A stretch of 12,904 bases of DNA. It comes from an uncultured delta proteobacterium (GTDB taxonomy: Bacteria; Myxococcota; Myxococcia; Myxococcales; Myxococcaceae). A program made the translations under genes and the position numbers. Positions 1-8,066 of the stretch are shown here, one piece after another. The stretch's first letter is position 1, and each line of letters begins with the position of its first letter. Below the pieces are notes generated by a model that was not told the DNA's origin, ran no database searches, and saw only the letters and a list, made by a program, of their open reading frames with translations. Location of the stretch: positions 1 to 12,904 of the forward strand of contig CAVYSY010000020.1 in NCBI GenBank assembly GCA_963771175.1, given 5' to 3'.

Positions 1-1
1 C

Positions 2-889
2 ATCACCAGCAGCAAGGAGGCCGAGACCCGGCTGGGAGAGATGCACCGCACCCTGGTGGATGTCTCCCGTCAGTCGGGCATGGCCGAGGTCGCCACCGGC
101 GTGCTCCACAACGTGGGCAACACCCTCAACAGCGTCAACATCTCCACCACTCTCGTCACCGACCAGCTCCGCCGCTCCCGCGTCACCGGCCTGGCCAAGG
201 CCATCACCCTCCTGCGCGAGCACCTCGCGGATCTCGCCTCCTTCCTCACCCGGGATCCCCAGGGCCAGCAACTGCCGCTCTACCTCATCGCCGTGTCCGA
301 GCAACTGGTGGAGGAGCGCGACACCCTGCTCAAGGAGATGCAGTCACTCGGCCAGAGCGTCGAGCACATCAAGTCCATCGTCAGCATGCAGCAGAAGCAC
401 GCGCGCTCCGCGGGCGCCGTGGAGCAGCTGGCCGTGCCGCAGCTCATCGACGAGGCACTGCGTCTGCACGCCGTCTCCTTCGAGCGGCTGTCCATCCGCA
501 TCGTGCGTGACTACGCCGACGTGCCCCACATCTTCGTGGACCGGCACAAGCTGCTGCAGATCCTCATCAACCTGATGAGCAACGCGCGCCACGCGCTGGT
601 GGACAGCGAGCAACAGGACAAATGCCTGAACATCCACGTCCAGCTCGCTCCTGGGGGAGAGCAACTGCGCATCAACGTGACGGACAACGGCGTGGGCATC
701 GCCGCGGAGAACGTGGCGCGCCTGTTCACCCAGGGCTTCACCACCAAGAAGACGGGGCACGGCTTCGGCCTGCACATCAGCGCCCTGGCAGCCAACGAGC
801 TGAAGGGCCGGCTCACCTGCACCAGCCCCGGCCCCGGTCAGGGAGCCACCTTCACGCTCGAGCTGCCCGTCAAGGGAGAAGGAGCCTAG
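2..889 (+). CDS. Sensor histidine kinase, C-terminal HisKA + HATPase_c part (5'-partial)
   Basis: Frame is open from base 2 (ITSSKEAETRLGEM, resembling a PAS/PAC 'DIT..K..E' exit). H-box GVLHNVGNTLN, N-box QILINLMSNARHA, G1 DNGVGI, F-box LFTQGFTTK, G2 GHGFGL; TAG at 887-889. Confidence 0.93.
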   Translation: MTSSKEAETRLGEMHRTLVDVSRQSGMAEVATGVLHNVGNTLNSVNISTTLVTDQLRRSRVTGLAKAITLLREHLADLASFLTRDPQGQQLPLYLIAVSEQLVEERDTLLKEMQSLGQSVEHIKSIVSMQQKHARSAGAVEQLAVPQLIDEALRLHAVSFERLSIRIVRDYADVPHIFVDRHKLLQILINLMSNARHALVDSEQQDKCLNIHVQLAPGGEQLRINVTDNGVGIAAENVARLFTQGFTTKKTGHGFGLHISALAANELKGRLTCTSPGPGQGATFTLELPVKGEGA

Positions 890-901
890 GCTCCCCCTCC
901 C
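874..901. terminator. Palindrome centred on the overlapping stop codons of two convergent genes; possible bidirectional terminator hairpin
   Basis: GGGAG-aa-GGAGCCTAGGCTCC-cc-CTCCC. The 14-bp core (881-894) is a perfect palindrome, and CTAG 886-889 supplies both TAG stops. No U-tract. Confidence 0.45.
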
Positions 902-1179
902 CGCGTCGGTCGCGGCTTGAAGCGTAGGCGTGAGCGCTCGCGCGCTTTCTCGGCTTCGAGCTCGCGATCTCGCGGCTGGGCCGTCGTGGACAGAGCTCCC
1001 ATCAGCACGCGGGCGGCGGCCGTGACCTCGTCAACGGCTCGAGTGAAGGCCGCTTCGTTGGCCTGTGACGGTTTGTTGAAGCCGCTCAGCTTGCGCACGA
1101 ACTGCAAAGCCGCCGCTCGGATCTCCTCTTCGGTGGCTGGCGGCTCGAAGTTGAACAGCGTCTTGATGCTTCGACACAT
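886..1179 (-). CDS. DUF2277 family protein
   Basis: MCRSIKTLFNFEPPATEEEIRAAALQFVRKLSGFNKPSQANEAAF matches the characteristic DUF2277 N-terminus. SD GGGGAG lies 6 nt before the ATG. Confidence 0.9.
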   Translation of the reverse strand: MCRSIKTLFNFEPPATEEEIRAAALQFVRKLSGFNKPSQANEAAFTRAVDEVTAAARVLMGALSTTAQPRDRELEAEKARERSRLRFKPRPTRGGGA

Positions 1180-1216
1180 GGCGGTCTCCCCAGCTCAACA
1201 TGTACGGAGAATGATT

Positions 1217-2503
1217 CTATTCGTGCGCTGGCCCATGAGCGGCGCGGGCGCACCTGGCGGCGCGCTCGAGCAGCAGGTGGCGCTCGCGGGCGTTGCGCGT
1301 GAGCGAGGCCGCGCGCTCGAACTCCTCCTGGGCCTCGTCGAAGCGGCCGAGTTTGGCGAGGAGGTCACCGCGCACGCTCGGCAAGAGGTGGTAGCTCTCC
1401 AGCGAGGGCTCCGACGTCAGCGCATCGGCGATCTCGAGGCCCGCCGCGGGACCGGACGCCATCGAGACGGCGACCGCGCGATTCAGCTCCACGACGGGTG
1501 ATGGCGTGAGCTGGGCGAGCTCCGCGTAGAGCGCGGCGATGCGCGCCCAGTCCGTCTCCGCTGGCGTCAGCGCTCGTGCATGACAGGCGGCGATGGCGGC
1601 TTGCAACGCATAGGGACCCCGTGCTCGCCCAAGCGCCTCGGCACGCTCGATCGCCGCGAGCCCCCGACGGATGAGGACCCGATCCCAGAGCGCGCGATTC
1701 TGATCGAGCAACAGGACGGGCTCTCCCGACGGACCGACCCGCGCCCTCAGCCGAGAGGCCTGGATCTCCATGAGCGCGACGAGGCCGTGGACCTCCGGCT
1801 CCGTCGGGACGAGCTCGGCCAGGATACGGCCCAGACGCAGCGCGTCTTCGCAGAGAGCGGGTCGAATCCAGTCGTCACCGGCGGTCGCCGAGTAGCCCTC
1901 GTTGAAGATGAGATAGATGACCTCGAGCACCGACGACAGCCGGGCGACGAGCTCGGCCCCACGCGGGACCTCGAAGGGGACGTGCGCCTCGGCGAGCGTC
2001 CGCTTGGCCCGGACGATGCGCTGGGCGACGGTCGGCTCCGCGACGAGGAACGCACGCGCGATCTCCCCGGTCGTCAGACCTCCGAGCAAGCGGAGCGTGA
2101 GTGCCACGCGTGCCTCGGTCGGGAGAATCGGATGACAAGCAATGAGCATGAGGCGCAGGAGGTCGTCGCCCACGTCATTGTCGATCGCCGCCTCGAGATC
2201 CGGTACGGCCCTCTCCCGCTCGGCCTCGAGCTCGTGGCCGAGCTCCTCGTGCTTGCGCTCGAGCCGCTGGCCTCGGCGCAAGAGATCGATCGCACGATGC
2301 TTCGCGGTGGCCATGAGCCAGGCCCCCGGGTTGTCCGGGACGCCTGACTCCGGCCACTGCTCGAGCGCGGCGACGAGAGCGTCCTGCGCGAGCTCCTCGG
2401 CAAGTCCGACGTCGCGCACGACCCGCGTGAGACCGGCGATGAGCCTGGCCGATTCGATTCTCCAGACCGCGTGGATCGCGCGATGCGCATCGGAAGCCGT
2501 CAC
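1217..2503 (-). CDS. ECF RNA polymerase sigma-70 factor with long C-terminal TPR-like extension (ECF42-like, DUF6596)
   Basis: Region 2: ESARLIAGLTRVVRDVGLAEELAQDALVAALEQWP...PGAWLMATAKHRAIDLLRR. Region 4: LTLRLLGGLTTGEIARAFLVAEPTVAQRIVRAKRTL. Also VIYLIFNEGY, GPYALQAAIAACH, PSPVVELNRAVA and a TPR-like RGDLLAKLGRFDEAQEEFERA. 428 aa, GTG start. Confidence 0.92.
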   Translation of the reverse strand: MTASDAHRAIHAVWRIESARLIAGLTRVVRDVGLAEELAQDALVAALEQWPESGVPDNPGAWLMATAKHRAIDLLRRGQRLERKHEELGHELEAERERAVPDLEAAIDNDVGDDLLRLMLIACHPILPTEARVALTLRLLGGLTTGEIARAFLVAEPTVAQRIVRAKRTLAEAHVPFEVPRGAELVARLSSVLEVIYLIFNEGYSATAGDDWIRPALCEDALRLGRILAELVPTEPEVHGLVALMEIQASRLRARVGPSGEPVLLLDQNRALWDRVLIRRGLAAIERAEALGRARGPYALQAAIAACHARALTPAETDWARIAALYAELAQLTPSPVVELNRAVAVSMASGPAAGLEIADALTSEPSLESYHLLPSVRGDLLAKLGRFDEAQEEFERAASLTRNARERHLLLERAARCARAAHGPAHE

Positions 2504-2511
2504 GGCAACCG

Positions 2512-2539
2512 ATCAGAGCACCTTCAACCACCAGTGCAA
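2512..2539 (-). promoter_or_regulatory. Putative sigma70-type promoter for a leaderless or near-leaderless ECF sigma transcript
   Basis: Minus strand TTGCAC-N16-TCTGAT with an extended-10 TG. The -10 ends 8 nt before the GTG, and no SD is present. Confidence 0.35.
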
Positions 2540-2555
2540 GGCACAGCCTCCTCCG

Positions 2556-2590
2556 TATCTCCCGGAAAAGACTCCGCTTTCCGGGAGGTA
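2556..2590. repeat. 13-bp inverted repeat in the divergent ECF sigma / nuclease intergenic region
   Basis: TATCTCCCGGAAA (2556-2568), 9-nt spacer, TTTCCGGGAGGTA (2578-2590). 12/13 complementary; the remaining pair is T-G. Confidence 0.7.
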
Positions 2591-2753
2591 GTGTGGCACG
2601 GGATGGATTTTTCGAGCGGTGACGCAACTCCGCCCTGACTCGCGCCGATAATCCCGGTCGGCGGAGCGGGCCCCGCTCCCGCCTTGCCTGGAGACGTGTG
2701 TCTCCGCAATCCCTCCCTCCCATCGCTCCGGCTCCGGAGCAGGACTCGACATC

Positions 2754-4466
2754 GTGCGAATGACAGAAACCTCCTCGAGGCCCATGCGCTTCGACCGCCG
2801 TCTGCTGGCCGTCGTGCTCTCCCTCACGCTGGCGGCTTGCGGCGGCGTGCCGCAGGACGGGATGGGCGATGACTCCCTGGCCACCCAGGAGGCCTCGCTG
2901 GCCAATGTCCCGGTGCGCCTGATGGCCGCCAACATCTCCAGCGGCAACTACCAGAGCTACGACCCCGGCCACGGCACCCGCATCTTCCAGGGCACGAAGC
3001 CGGACGTGGTGATGATCCAGGAGTTCAACTACGGCGACAACTCGGCCAGCGCCATCCGGGGCTTCGTCGATACCGCCTTCGGCACGGGCTTCTATTACTA
3101 CCGCGAGGGCGGCGCGCAGATCCCCAACGGCGTCATCAGCCGCTGGCCCATCATCGCCTCGGGTGAGTGGGACGACACGCAGGTCTCCAACCGGGACTTC
3201 GCGTGGGCGCGCATCGACATTCCCGGAACCAAGGACCTCTGGGTGGTGAGCGTGCACCTGCTCACCAGCAGCAGCAGCGTGCGCAACACCGAGGCGACCA
3301 ACCTGGTCAACTTCATCAAGGCCAACATCCCCACCGGGGACTACCTGGCCATCGGTGGTGACTTCAACACCAGCAGCCGCAGCGAGGCCGCCTTCAGCAC
3401 CTTCTCCCAGGTGGTGACCACGGCCGCCCCCTACCCCGCGGACCGCAACGGCAACACCAACACCAACGCGAGCCGCGGCAGCCCGTACGACCACGTCCTC
3501 GTCGACAGCGATCTGCGCGCCTACCAGACGGCGACGGTCATCGGCGCCAGCTCCTTCGCCGCGGGCCTGGTGGCGGATACCCGCGTGTACTCGCCCATCT
3601 CGGAGATCTCCCCCGCGCTGAGCAGCGACAGCGGCGCCACCAACATGCAGCACATGGCCATCATCAAGGACTTCCTCCTCCCCGGGGACACCGCCACCGC
3701 GAGCGTCACGGTGACCTCGCCCAACGGCGGTGAGAGCTGGCTGGGCGGCAGCAGCCATGCCATCACCTGGACGGCCACGGGCGTGACGAACGTGAAGCTG
3801 GAGTACACGCTGGATGGCTCTACCTGGAGCATCCTCACCTCCAGCACCGCGGCCTCCACGGGCAGCTACACCTGGACGGTGCCGAGCAGCGCCACCACCG
3901 CCGCGAAGGTGCGCGTGAGCGATGCCTCCAACTCCGCCCTCTCCGATACGAGCAACGCGGCCTTCACCATCACCACCTCCACCGGGGGCGGCGGCGCCGC
4001 GCTGGTGTTCATCAACGAGGTGCTCGCCAACGAGCCGGGCTCGGACGTGAACGGCGAGTTCGTCGAGCTCGTCAACTCGGGCGGGACGGCCGCGGACCTC
4101 TCCGGCTGGACCGTCTCCGACAGCACGGGCGTGCGCCACACCTTCGCCAGCGGCACGAGCCTGGCCGCGGGCGCGGCGATCGTCGTCTTCGGCGGCTCCG
4201 CGGGGATTCCCTCGGGCCTGACCAACGCGGTGGCCGCCTCCACGGGGACGCTGGGCCTGGGCAACAGCGGTGACACCGTGACGGTGAAGAACTCGGCGGG
4301 GACGACGGTGAACACCACCACCTATGCCTCGTCGCTCGCCAGCACGGACGGGGTGTCGATGAACCGCGGCCCGGACGCCAGCAGCGGCGGCACCTTCGCG
4401 CTGCACACCACCCTGTCGAGCCTGGCGTCCTCGCCGGGCAAGCGGGTGAGCGGCTCCGCCTTCTGA
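2754..4466 (+). CDS. Lipoprotein endonuclease/exonuclease/phosphatase (EEP) with Ser/Thr-rich Ig-like domain and C-terminal lamin tail domain; probable cell-surface nuclease
   Basis: Lipobox RRLLAVVLSLTLAAC (Cys codon 2838-2840). EEP motifs AANISS, PDVVMIQE, VSVHL, GGDFN, YDHVLV. Ig-like VTVTSPNGGE..ITW..GSYTWTVP. Lamin tail INEVLAN..EFVELVN..DLSGWTVSD..LGNSGDTVTV..SPG. Start uncertain (GTG 2754, ATG 2760 or ATG 2784). Confidence 0.88.
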   Translation: MRMTETSSRPMRFDRRLLAVVLSLTLAACGGVPQDGMGDDSLATQEASLANVPVRLMAANISSGNYQSYDPGHGTRIFQGTKPDVVMIQEFNYGDNSASAIRGFVDTAFGTGFYYYREGGAQIPNGVISRWPIIASGEWDDTQVSNRDFAWARIDIPGTKDLWVVSVHLLTSSSSVRNTEATNLVNFIKANIPTGDYLAIGGDFNTSSRSEAAFSTFSQVVTTAAPYPADRNGNTNTNASRGSPYDHVLVDSDLRAYQTATVIGASSFAAGLVADTRVYSPISEISPALSSDSGATNMQHMAIIKDFLLPGDTATASVTVTSPNGGESWLGGSSHAITWTATGVTNVKLEYTLDGSTWSILTSSTAASTGSYTWTVPSSATTAAKVRVSDASNSALSDTSNAAFTITTSTGGGGAALVFINEVLANEPGSDVNGEFVELVNSGGTAADLSGWTVSDSTGVRHTFASGTSLAAGAAIVVFGGSAGIPSGLTNAVAASTGTLGLGNSGDTVTVKNSAGTTVNTTTYASSLASTDGVSMNRGPDASSGGTFALHTTLSSLASSPGKRVSGSAF

Positions 4467-4473
4467 GCCGCGG

Positions 4474-4501
4474 AGGGCGTCACCCCATGGGGTGGCGCCC
4501 T
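4474..4501. terminator. 28-nt palindrome between convergent genes; putative bidirectional terminator
   Basis: AGGGCGTCACCCCA|TGGGGTGGCGCCCT with a single T-G pair, located between the stops at 4466 (+) and 4518 (-). No U-tract. Confidence 0.55.
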
Positions 4502-4517
4502 GCCCCGCCGGGCCACC

Positions 4518-7500
4518 CTACGGGACGCCGGTGTCCGAGACCGGGGGCCCGCTCGTGGGAGGCTCCGGGGCGTCCGAGTCCCAAAGGGACACCGGCTCCC
4601 TGGCCAGGAACTCCTCGAAGTCCGCCTGGGCCTTGTCCTTCAGCGGGTGCCCGGTGGTCGTGTAGCACCAGGCTCGCTCCTGAAGGAAAGGACGCAGCCA
4701 GGAGGGGTGGGGCTCGAAGGGGGCGAAGGCGTCGACGCACAGGCCGCGCATATCCAGCACCTCGGCCAGCTCCAGCCGCGCGAACAGGCGCTGATCGCGC
4801 AGGGCGTTGTTGCTGAAGGGCTGCTCCAACGCGGCATGGAGACGACGACCCAGGGTGGCATCACGCGCGGCCACCATCTGAACGTTCCGGAAGGCCCCCG
4901 TTGCCACGGGCCGGAAGCCCCAGGGGGCCTCACGCAAGCGGGCGAAGGCGCGCTCCAGAGCCTCCGTGGCCTCGGCGAGCCGCCCCTGCTGCAGCCGCAA
5001 CCGTCCCAACAGGGCATCGCTGTCGAAGGGCGCCGTCTCGCGCAGCCGCTCCAGCAACGGAAGGGCGGCCTCATCCCCCGCGATGGCCAGCACGTGCGCC
5101 ACCGCCACCTGCTCGGCGGGGCCATGCGGCTCCCACTTCCCCTCGCGCCACAAGCGCAGGGCCGCCGTCTGGTCGCTGCGGATATAGGCTTCGAGGAAGG
5201 CGTGGCGCCGCCGCGTCTCCTGGCTGGTCCCCGCTGGCAGGGGCGGGGGCGCGCTCCCACTGTCCAACGTCAGCAGCACCCGCTCCAGCTCCACCCGGTC
5301 CCAGTCCGCCGTGCCGCGCTCCACCTCGGGCCGATTCGCCTTCAGCTTCCGCGCGGCGCCGTGCAGCTCGTTCACGGAGAAGTCCATCGGCTGCCCCACG
5401 CTGCGGGCGAAGGCGAACTCCATGAAGGACAAGTCGTCCGTATTGATGAGCGCCTCCTGGTTCTCGGCCAGTGCCGCGGCCAACCGAGGGTGGGCCACGA
5501 AGTGCGCCAGCACGCCTTCCACCGAGTCGGTCCTCCACGCCACCGAGAGCGCCCGGCGATAGGGCGCCTGCGTCACCCGCGCGCGCAGCCGCTCCAGGTC
5601 GTGCCGCAGCGGCGCCTCGGTGGCCAGCAACAGCAGATCCACCGGCATCGTCTGCCACGTCTCCACCGAGGCGAACTCGGTGCCCAGCGTGGCGTAGGCG
5701 CTGCGCACCGTCCGCGCGTCCACCTCGTAGGCCTGCAGCCACTGCAGGAAGATGCCCCCGGGCGCCAGCCGCTGCTTCACCGCCTGATAGAACTCGCGGG
5801 TGAAGAGGCTGGAGATGCCGGCGCGATAGGGGTTGGAAGGCTCGGAGAAGATGATGTCGTACGACTCCTTGGAGGCCAGCAGGACCTCGCGGGCGTCGCC
5901 GATGAGGACGCGCACCTTGGGGTTGTCCAGCACGCGCTCGTTGACGGGCTCACAGCGGCGCGCCACCTCGAGGATGGCGGGCTCGAGCTCCACCACGTCC
6001 ACGCGCTCCATCTCCGGAATGGCGGCGAGCCAGCCCGCGGTGCTGCCGGTGCCCAGACCGATGACCAGGGCGCGCCGAGGCTGGGGGTGGACGAGCGCGC
6101 CAACGAGCCCGCCCATCACCTGCGTGCCAGCGTCACCAATGCTGTGGCCGTCCGACTTGCCGTTGACCATGAAGGAGAGTCCGTCGACGCGGACGAGGGC
6201 CACGCTGCTCTCCACTCCGTCCGCTTCCCAGAGGGTGGTGCGATGGGTATCGGCCATCCATTTCCGCAGGGCGTTGATGGTGGGCTGGCTCTGCCCGGCC
6301 CGCCCGGCACCGATACCGCTGTGACGCCAGATGGCCGTGGGCCCCACCGAGAAGAGGAGGAGGACCGCCAGCGCGGCCGAGCCCAGGGGCAGCAGCAGCC
6401 GCGAGGGCCGGCGCTCCTCGCGCAGCGACAGGAGCACCGTGCCCAGGCCCAGCGCCACCAGCAGCGCGGAGACCAACCGCCAGATGCCGGGCGCGGTGAG
6501 CAGCGGGAGCAGGCCGAAGCCACCCGCCAGGGAGCCCACGATGGAGCCCACCGTGTTCCAGGCATAGGCCAGGCCCACCTGCCGTCCCACGTTCTCACCG
6601 CCGCGACCCAGCAGCGCGAGCAGCAGGGGAAACTGCACGCCGGAGACGAATGCCGCCGGCAGCACCACCAGCGCCGCCACCGCCGTCCAACCCAGCACCA
6701 GGCCGCCAAAGCCCAGCGCGGACAGCGTCCGCAGGACCATCGCCAGCAGCGCCACCCTATCCCCTAGGGCGAAGGGCACGGCGATGAACAGCGCCTCCAG
6801 CAGGCACGTCAGGGCGAAGCCGTGCAGGGTGGCCGGTCGCTGCTGACCCCATGCCGCATACGCGGCGCCGCCCAGGCCGATGCCCACCAGGGCCACCACG
6901 AGGATGAGGCCGAAGGTGAAGGTGGAGCCACCCAGCAGGGGCCCAAGCATCCGGTACCAGACGAGCTCCATCAGGAAGAAGGCGAAGCCCACCAGCGCCG
7001 CGGCGCCCAGCACGAAGCCGCGCGGAGGGAGGACGGCCGGGGCCGGGGCGGACCCGGCAGCGGGGGCTTCGGGGGCCTCGGCGGAGGATTCGACCTCGGG
7101 CAGCGAGCGCGCCACGGCCCGGGCCACCAGCGCCACGAGCGCGTTGAGGAGGCAGGCCAGCCACAGGGTGGTGCGGGTGCCGAAGACCTCGAAGAGGAAG
7201 AAGGTGGAGGCCGCCGCGCCCGCTACCGCGCCCAGGGTGTTGAGACCGTAGAGCACGGCCAGGGCCCGGCGCCGGACGTCATCGGCCGACTCGGCCGCGC
7301 GGGCCGCCGCCGGCAGGGTGCCGCCCATGAGGAGGGTGGGCCCGGCCAGCACCAGCGCGGAGAGCACCAGCCGCACCACCGAGCCCAGTCCCAGCCCCAG
7401 CGCCACCGTGCCCCCCAGTCCCACGTAGACGGCACGCGTCAGATCCACCAGCAGCGGCGTCAGCGCGGTGGCCGCGCAGATGAGCAGTTCCAAGTTCGCG

Positions 7501-7718
7501 TAGAGGCCCAGGGGTCGCTTGTCCCGATCCGCGCGCGCGCCCAGCAGAGCACCGCCCAACCCCAGTCCGCCCATGAAGATGGCCAGCACCGCGGCGGAGG
7601 CGGCCGTGGAAGCCCCGAAGATGAGCCGCAGCTCTCGTTGCCAGGCGGTCTGGTACACCAGGGCACAGAACCCCGATCCAAAGAGCAGCGGGGCAATCTT
7701 CCAGACGCGAGCGTTCAT
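4518..7718 (-). CDS. Fused MFS-like membrane domain / spermidine-synthase-like class I SAM-dependent transferase with C-terminal TPR-like region
   Basis: About 460 aa of hydrophobic N-terminus in two homologous halves (GFCALVYQTAWQRELRLIFGAST / GFAFFLMELVWYRMLGPLLGGST; LYGLNTLGAVAG / AYAWNTVGSIVG). Then VNGKSDG, LVIGLGTGST, VVELEPAI, IGDAREVL, YDIIFSEPSNP, LFTREFYQ..L.PGG. TPR-like LLGRLRLQQGRLAEATEALERA. Confidence 0.9.
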   Translation of the reverse strand: MNARVWKIAPLLFGSGFCALVYQTAWQRELRLIFGASTAASAAVLAIFMGGLGLGGALLGARADRDKRPLGLYANLELLICAATALTPLLVDLTRAVYVGLGGTVALGLGLGSVVRLVLSALVLAGPTLLMGGTLPAAARAAESADDVRRRALAVLYGLNTLGAVAGAAASTFFLFEVFGTRTTLWLACLLNALVALVARAVARSLPEVESSAEAPEAPAAGSAPAPAVLPPRGFVLGAAALVGFAFFLMELVWYRMLGPLLGGSTFTFGLILVVALVGIGLGGAAYAAWGQQRPATLHGFALTCLLEALFIAVPFALGDRVALLAMVLRTLSALGFGGLVLGWTAVAALVVLPAAFVSGVQFPLLLALLGRGGENVGRQVGLAYAWNTVGSIVGSLAGGFGLLPLLTAPGIWRLVSALLVALGLGTVLLSLREERRPSRLLLPLGSAALAVLLLFSVGPTAIWRHSGIGAGRAGQSQPTINALRKWMADTHRTTLWEADGVESSVALVRVDGLSFMVNGKSDGHSIGDAGTQVMGGLVGALVHPQPRRALVIGLGTGSTAGWLAAIPEMERVDVVELEPAILEVARRCEPVNERVLDNPKVRVLIGDAREVLLASKESYDIIFSEPSNPYRAGISSLFTREFYQAVKQRLAPGGIFLQWLQAYEVDARTVRSAYATLGTEFASVETWQTMPVDLLLLATEAPLRHDLERLRARVTQAPYRRALSVAWRTDSVEGVLAHFVAHPRLAAALAENQEALINTDDLSFMEFAFARSVGQPMDFSVNELHGAARKLKANRPEVERGTADWDRVELERVLLTLDSGSAPPPLPAGTSQETRRRHAFLEAYIRSDQTAALRLWREGKWEPHGPAEQVAVAHVLAIAGDEAALPLLERLRETAPFDSDALLGRLRLQQGRLAEATEALERAFARLREAPWGFRPVATGAFRNVQMVAARDATLGRRLHAALEQPFSNNALRDQRLFARLELAEVLDMRGLCVDAFAPFEPHPSWLRPFLQERAWCYTTTGHPLKDKAQADFEEFLAREPVSLWDSDAPEPPTSGPPVSDTGVP

Positions 7719-8029
7719 GGGTCTCGATGAAAGGGCGAGGGAATCCGCGGGACGAGCCCGTCACGAGGGGAGGTCCCCCTAGCGTAGGGGGGCGATTGAA
7801 CCAGCCCGCGCCGTACCTCGCCACGGTTCAATTGAAGCACCGCCCTCCCCTCCGCCGGACGGCCCTCCAGGCATGGAGGGTCTCCCACGAATCGTGGAAA
7901 ACCGACATAGCGCGGCCATGCCCGCACCTACCTGTTCGAGCTCAGCGCCCGGCGGGCCCCTCGCCCCCCCACCCGCTCGGACTGGAATCCGGCGCTCAAC
8001 GCATCGCGAAACCCCTCCCCTCAGATCCT

Positions 8030-8059
8030 TTGCGCCTCCCGGCCCTCCCACGTTAGGGT
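8030..8059 (+). promoter_or_regulatory. Putative sigma70 promoter of the SAH riboswitch-ahcY transcript
   Basis: TTGCGC (8030-8035)-N18-TAGGGT (8054-8059). The -10 ends 7 nt before the first riboswitch stem at 8067, as expected if transcription starts at the aptamer. Confidence 0.55.
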
Positions 8060-8066
8060 GCGCGGC

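Noticed and set aside
2594..2609. Possible sigma54 promoter (TGGCACG at 2594-2600)
   Set aside because: The -24 element is perfect, but the -12 position reads GGAT rather than TTGC, so the required GC is missing.
2175..4406. 743-aa minus-strand ORF
   Set aside because: Antisense shadow of the EEP gene, Arg/Gly/Ala-rich with no motifs; expected in high-GC DNA.
4647..6767. 706-aa plus-strand ORF (also 6822-7730)
   Set aside because: Antisense shadow of the membrane synthase-like gene; no recognisable domain.
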